63,797 nucleotides of DNA. It comes from Thecamonas trahens ATCC 50062. Taxonomy: Eukaryota > Protista > Apusomonadida. The stretch lies in contig NW_013657627.1 of the NCBI RefSeq assembly GCF_000142905.1, positions 66,543-130,339 on the forward strand. Direction: 5' to 3'. Below are positions 61,362 through 63,797 of the stretch, one piece after another (position 1 is the first letter of the stretch; each line of letters starts with the position of its first letter). The position numbers and the translations under genes were made by a program. The notes under the pieces were generated by a model. It worked only from the letters and a program-made list of their open reading frames with translations, did not search any database and was not told the DNA's origin.

Positions 61362-62010
61362 AGTCTGTCGTGGAGGTATGCGAGGAGTGGGGAGTGGAAA
61401 TGGGAAAAGGATCACATCGTTGTACATAAACAATCACAAGCGCATAGCATGGCATGTGTGATGGGCTTTTCCTGGCTGACGGCGACGAGAGGGAGAGAGA
61501 GAACGAGATGTGTACGAGACGGGCATGGTGAGGCAAGACGATCAAAAATCCGCAGTTGCTGCTAGTCCGCTGGGAGCAAAAACGACGATCACCCTCCGTT
61601 GAACACGATCCACATTGCGCATTGCTCGCGCTCTTCCGTTGCCTCAGACAGCAGGAGATACCAAACCGTCAACTCTCTGTCCCCGATTGCCCAAGCGCCA
61701 GATGTCCCAGTACATCATGATGACACACATGCGCCTCCATCCAAGGCGCGATGATGGCACCCTTGGGGCCACACGCAGCCCGATCTTCATTCTTGCTCCA
61801 GAATGATATTCCCTGTAAAGGCAGAGTCCAATGATCCCTTCATTTCATCGGGTCGCAAGCGGGCTGGGACCGCGCAGCGAGCGGCTCGCTGAGCACGGCA
61901 TGGCTCTCTGCTTGGAATCGATTTGGGGGAAGAGACGGGCGAGGACATCTCACTCACATCGAGACTTGGTGAGGGCGAGTAAGGCGAGGAAGAGGAAGCA
62001 AGCAAGCGAC

Positions 62011-62547
62011 ATGGACTCGACGGACACGGCAGGATGTACGGGAGCCAGTGCGGCGGGCGCAAAGGTGCAGTACGCGCTTGTGGGCGAGAACGAGCTGGAC
62101 GCAGTGATGGCGCTGGAGGAGGTGGCGTTTCCGGCCGATGAGGCCGCGAGTCGCGATGGGATGGCCATGCGGCTGGCTCAGGCTGGCGAGTACTTTCTGG
62201 GGCTGTACGAGAGCGAGACGGATGAGTTGGTTGGATACGTGGCGGCGACACTCTCTGCTCATGATGTGCTCGATCATGAGTGCATGTCGGCCCACGTCGC
62301 CGACGGCCACACGCTGTGCATCCACTCGGTGGTGGTCGCCGATCGGCTGCGGCGGCAGGGGCTTGCCGTCGCCATGCTGAAGGAGTACGTGGCGCGGATG
62401 GCTGCAAAGGACAATGTCCGCTCGCTCCAGCTCATTGCCAAGGAGTACCTGCATGACCTGTACACAAAGGCCGGCTTTGATCGGGTTGGCAAGTCGGACG
62501 TTGTCCACGGCGCAGACCCGTGGTTCCTGTACAAGATCGATGCGTAG
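62011..62547 (+). CDS. GNAT acetyltransferase, AANAT/Paa1 (polyamine/arylalkylamine) type
   Basis: LEEVAFPADEAAS, LVGYV, M..H..DGHTLCIHSVVV...RRQGLA..ML.EY, LIAKEYL..LY.KAGF...GKS.VVHG..PW. Confidence 0.9.
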   Translation: MDSTDTAGCTGASAAGAKVQYALVGENELDAVMALEEVAFPADEAASRDGMAMRLAQAGEYFLGLYESETDELVGYVAATLSAHDVLDHECMSAHVADGHTLCIHSVVVADRLRRQGLAVAMLKEYVARMAAKDNVRSLQLIAKEYLHDLYTKAGFDRVGKSDVVHGADPWFLYKIDA

Positions 62548-62663
62548 AGCGCAGAGCGCAATCATCAGAGTGGCGAGGTAATGCATAGACAGGTCTCGAG
62601 CGGTGGCTGTGTGTTGCAACGTGCGTGTGTGTGTGTGTGTTTGTGTGTGCGTTTTCGGGGCGA

Positions 62664-63688
62664 TCACTGGCCGTAGCCGTTGTCGCGGAACCAGCGGAGG
62701 GTGGTGGCAAAGGCCTCGTCAAGCTTGACCTTGGGCTCGTAGCCAAGCTCTTTGCGGGCCTTGTCGACGGAGAAGTAGTGCGAGGTGGTGACGTTGGCGA
62801 CGACGTAAGAGGTGAGGAGCGGCTTAAAGGCGAAGCAGGGCGAGACGATCCAGGCGATAAAGGTGAACATGAGGGCGATGAAGCGAGCGACGGCAGCCGG
62901 GATGCGGAACTTGGGGGAAGCATCGTAGCCCATCTCGTTGACAAGCCAGTATGTGGTCTCCCAGAAGTTGCGCGGCTCGTCGTTGGTAATAAAGTACGCC
63001 TGGCCACCGACGACGTTCGGTTGTTTGCCAGGCCGCGTGCGGCGAGGATGTGACCATCGACGCAGTTGTCGACGTAGGTGTAGTCGTGAAGGACGGTGCC
63101 CGAGCCAAGGATGTACTTCATCTTGCCGGAAGCGGCGTTGGCAAAGATGCGGGGAAAGACATGGACGTCGCCTGGGCCAAAGATGGTGTGCGGGCGGATG
63201 GCAGCGGTGCGGAGGCGACCAGCGGCGGCACCATCAGCAGCCAGGACGACAGCCTCTGCCTCTGCCTTTGACGCCGAATAGGCATCGAGATGGTTTGGCG
63301 GAATAGCCAGCGACTCGTCGCCCTTGTGGATGTCATGCCCGTCAAAGACGACCGAAGCCGACGAGGTGTAGACCAGAGCCTTGACCGAGTCGTTGGCCAC
63401 AGCAGCGGCGACCACATTCTGTGTGCCAACCACATTGATGTCGTGGAAGAGACGAGAAGGCCCATTGGTCTCGGTCAGCGAGGCCGTGTGGTAGACAGTG
63501 GTCACGCCAGAGAGCAGCGCCTTCATGGCCTCCACGTCGCGGAGGTCAGCCACCTCGTAGCGGACTCCGGCTACCTTGTCCTTGGGCTCGCGGATGTCCA
63601 TGGCCACAACGCTCCGACCCTCGGAGACAAGCGCACGCACAAGTGTCGAGCCGAGGAAGCCAGCGCCTCCGATAACAAGGTCAGTCAT
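62664..63688 (-). CDS. NSDHL: Sterol-4-alpha-carboxylate 3-dehydrogenase (NSDHL/ERG26); 1-nt frameshift near 63020
   Basis: VIGGAGFLG, YHTAS, NVVGTQNV, LVYTSSASVVFDG, YSASK, RPHTIFGPGD, DYTYVDNCVDGH. The -1 frame continues GQAYFITNDEP.NFW...KARKELGYEP to the stop at 62664. Confidence 0.92.
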
Positions 63689-63797
63689 GGTGAGTGAGTG
63701 GAGTGTGCCGGGGGAAGGATGAGAGGGGGGGGGTGGAGGGGGGGGAGGAGGGGGAGGGGGAGGGGGGACGAGGGGGGGGGGAGGAGTCGGTTAGGGG

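Noticed and set aside
1-63797. Functional gene cluster or operon-like novel system
   Set aside because: Neighbouring genes have unrelated functions and mostly alternating orientation. The mitochondrial genes at 20-31 kb (SMIM4-like, PRODH, SUCLG1, FPGS, COX20) could be chance neighbours, and the sequence alone cannot show co-regulation.

Overview
This is GC-rich, gene-dense, intron-poor eukaryotic nuclear DNA, not prokaryotic. Evidence: spliceosomal introns with GTACGT/GTATGT donors, and genes for a formin, an exocyst subunit, a UFM1 protease, GPN2, the ciliary proteins LZTFL1 and PPIL6, and a sterol enzyme. The style suggests a flagellated protist such as the apusomonad Thecamonas trahens; that is inference, not verified. 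I can support about 33 protein-coding genes, one tRNA-Leu(UAA), three assembly gaps and several local minisatellites. Manual splicing or frame repair recovers genes the ORF track misses or breaks: SMIM4/UQCC5-like, SUCLG1, an ependymin-related protein, COX20, HAPSTR1-like, VKORC1-like, and full-length MOCOS, NSDHL and an EamA transporter. Most notable items: (1) a bacterial-type DNA polymerase I with an intact 5'-nuclease but a gutted polymerase domain; (2) a voltage-sensor/class III cyclase fusion whose catalytic residues are replaced; (3) a ~2440-aa FG-GAP/beta-helix/Cys-rich/multipass membrane protein; (4) convergent gene pairs whose stop codons are only 6-40 bp apart; (5) at least five single-base frameshifts in otherwise intact genes, probably assembly errors. 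I see no CRISPR array, transposon or operon-like novel system. Family calls come from motif recognition by eye, with no database searches.
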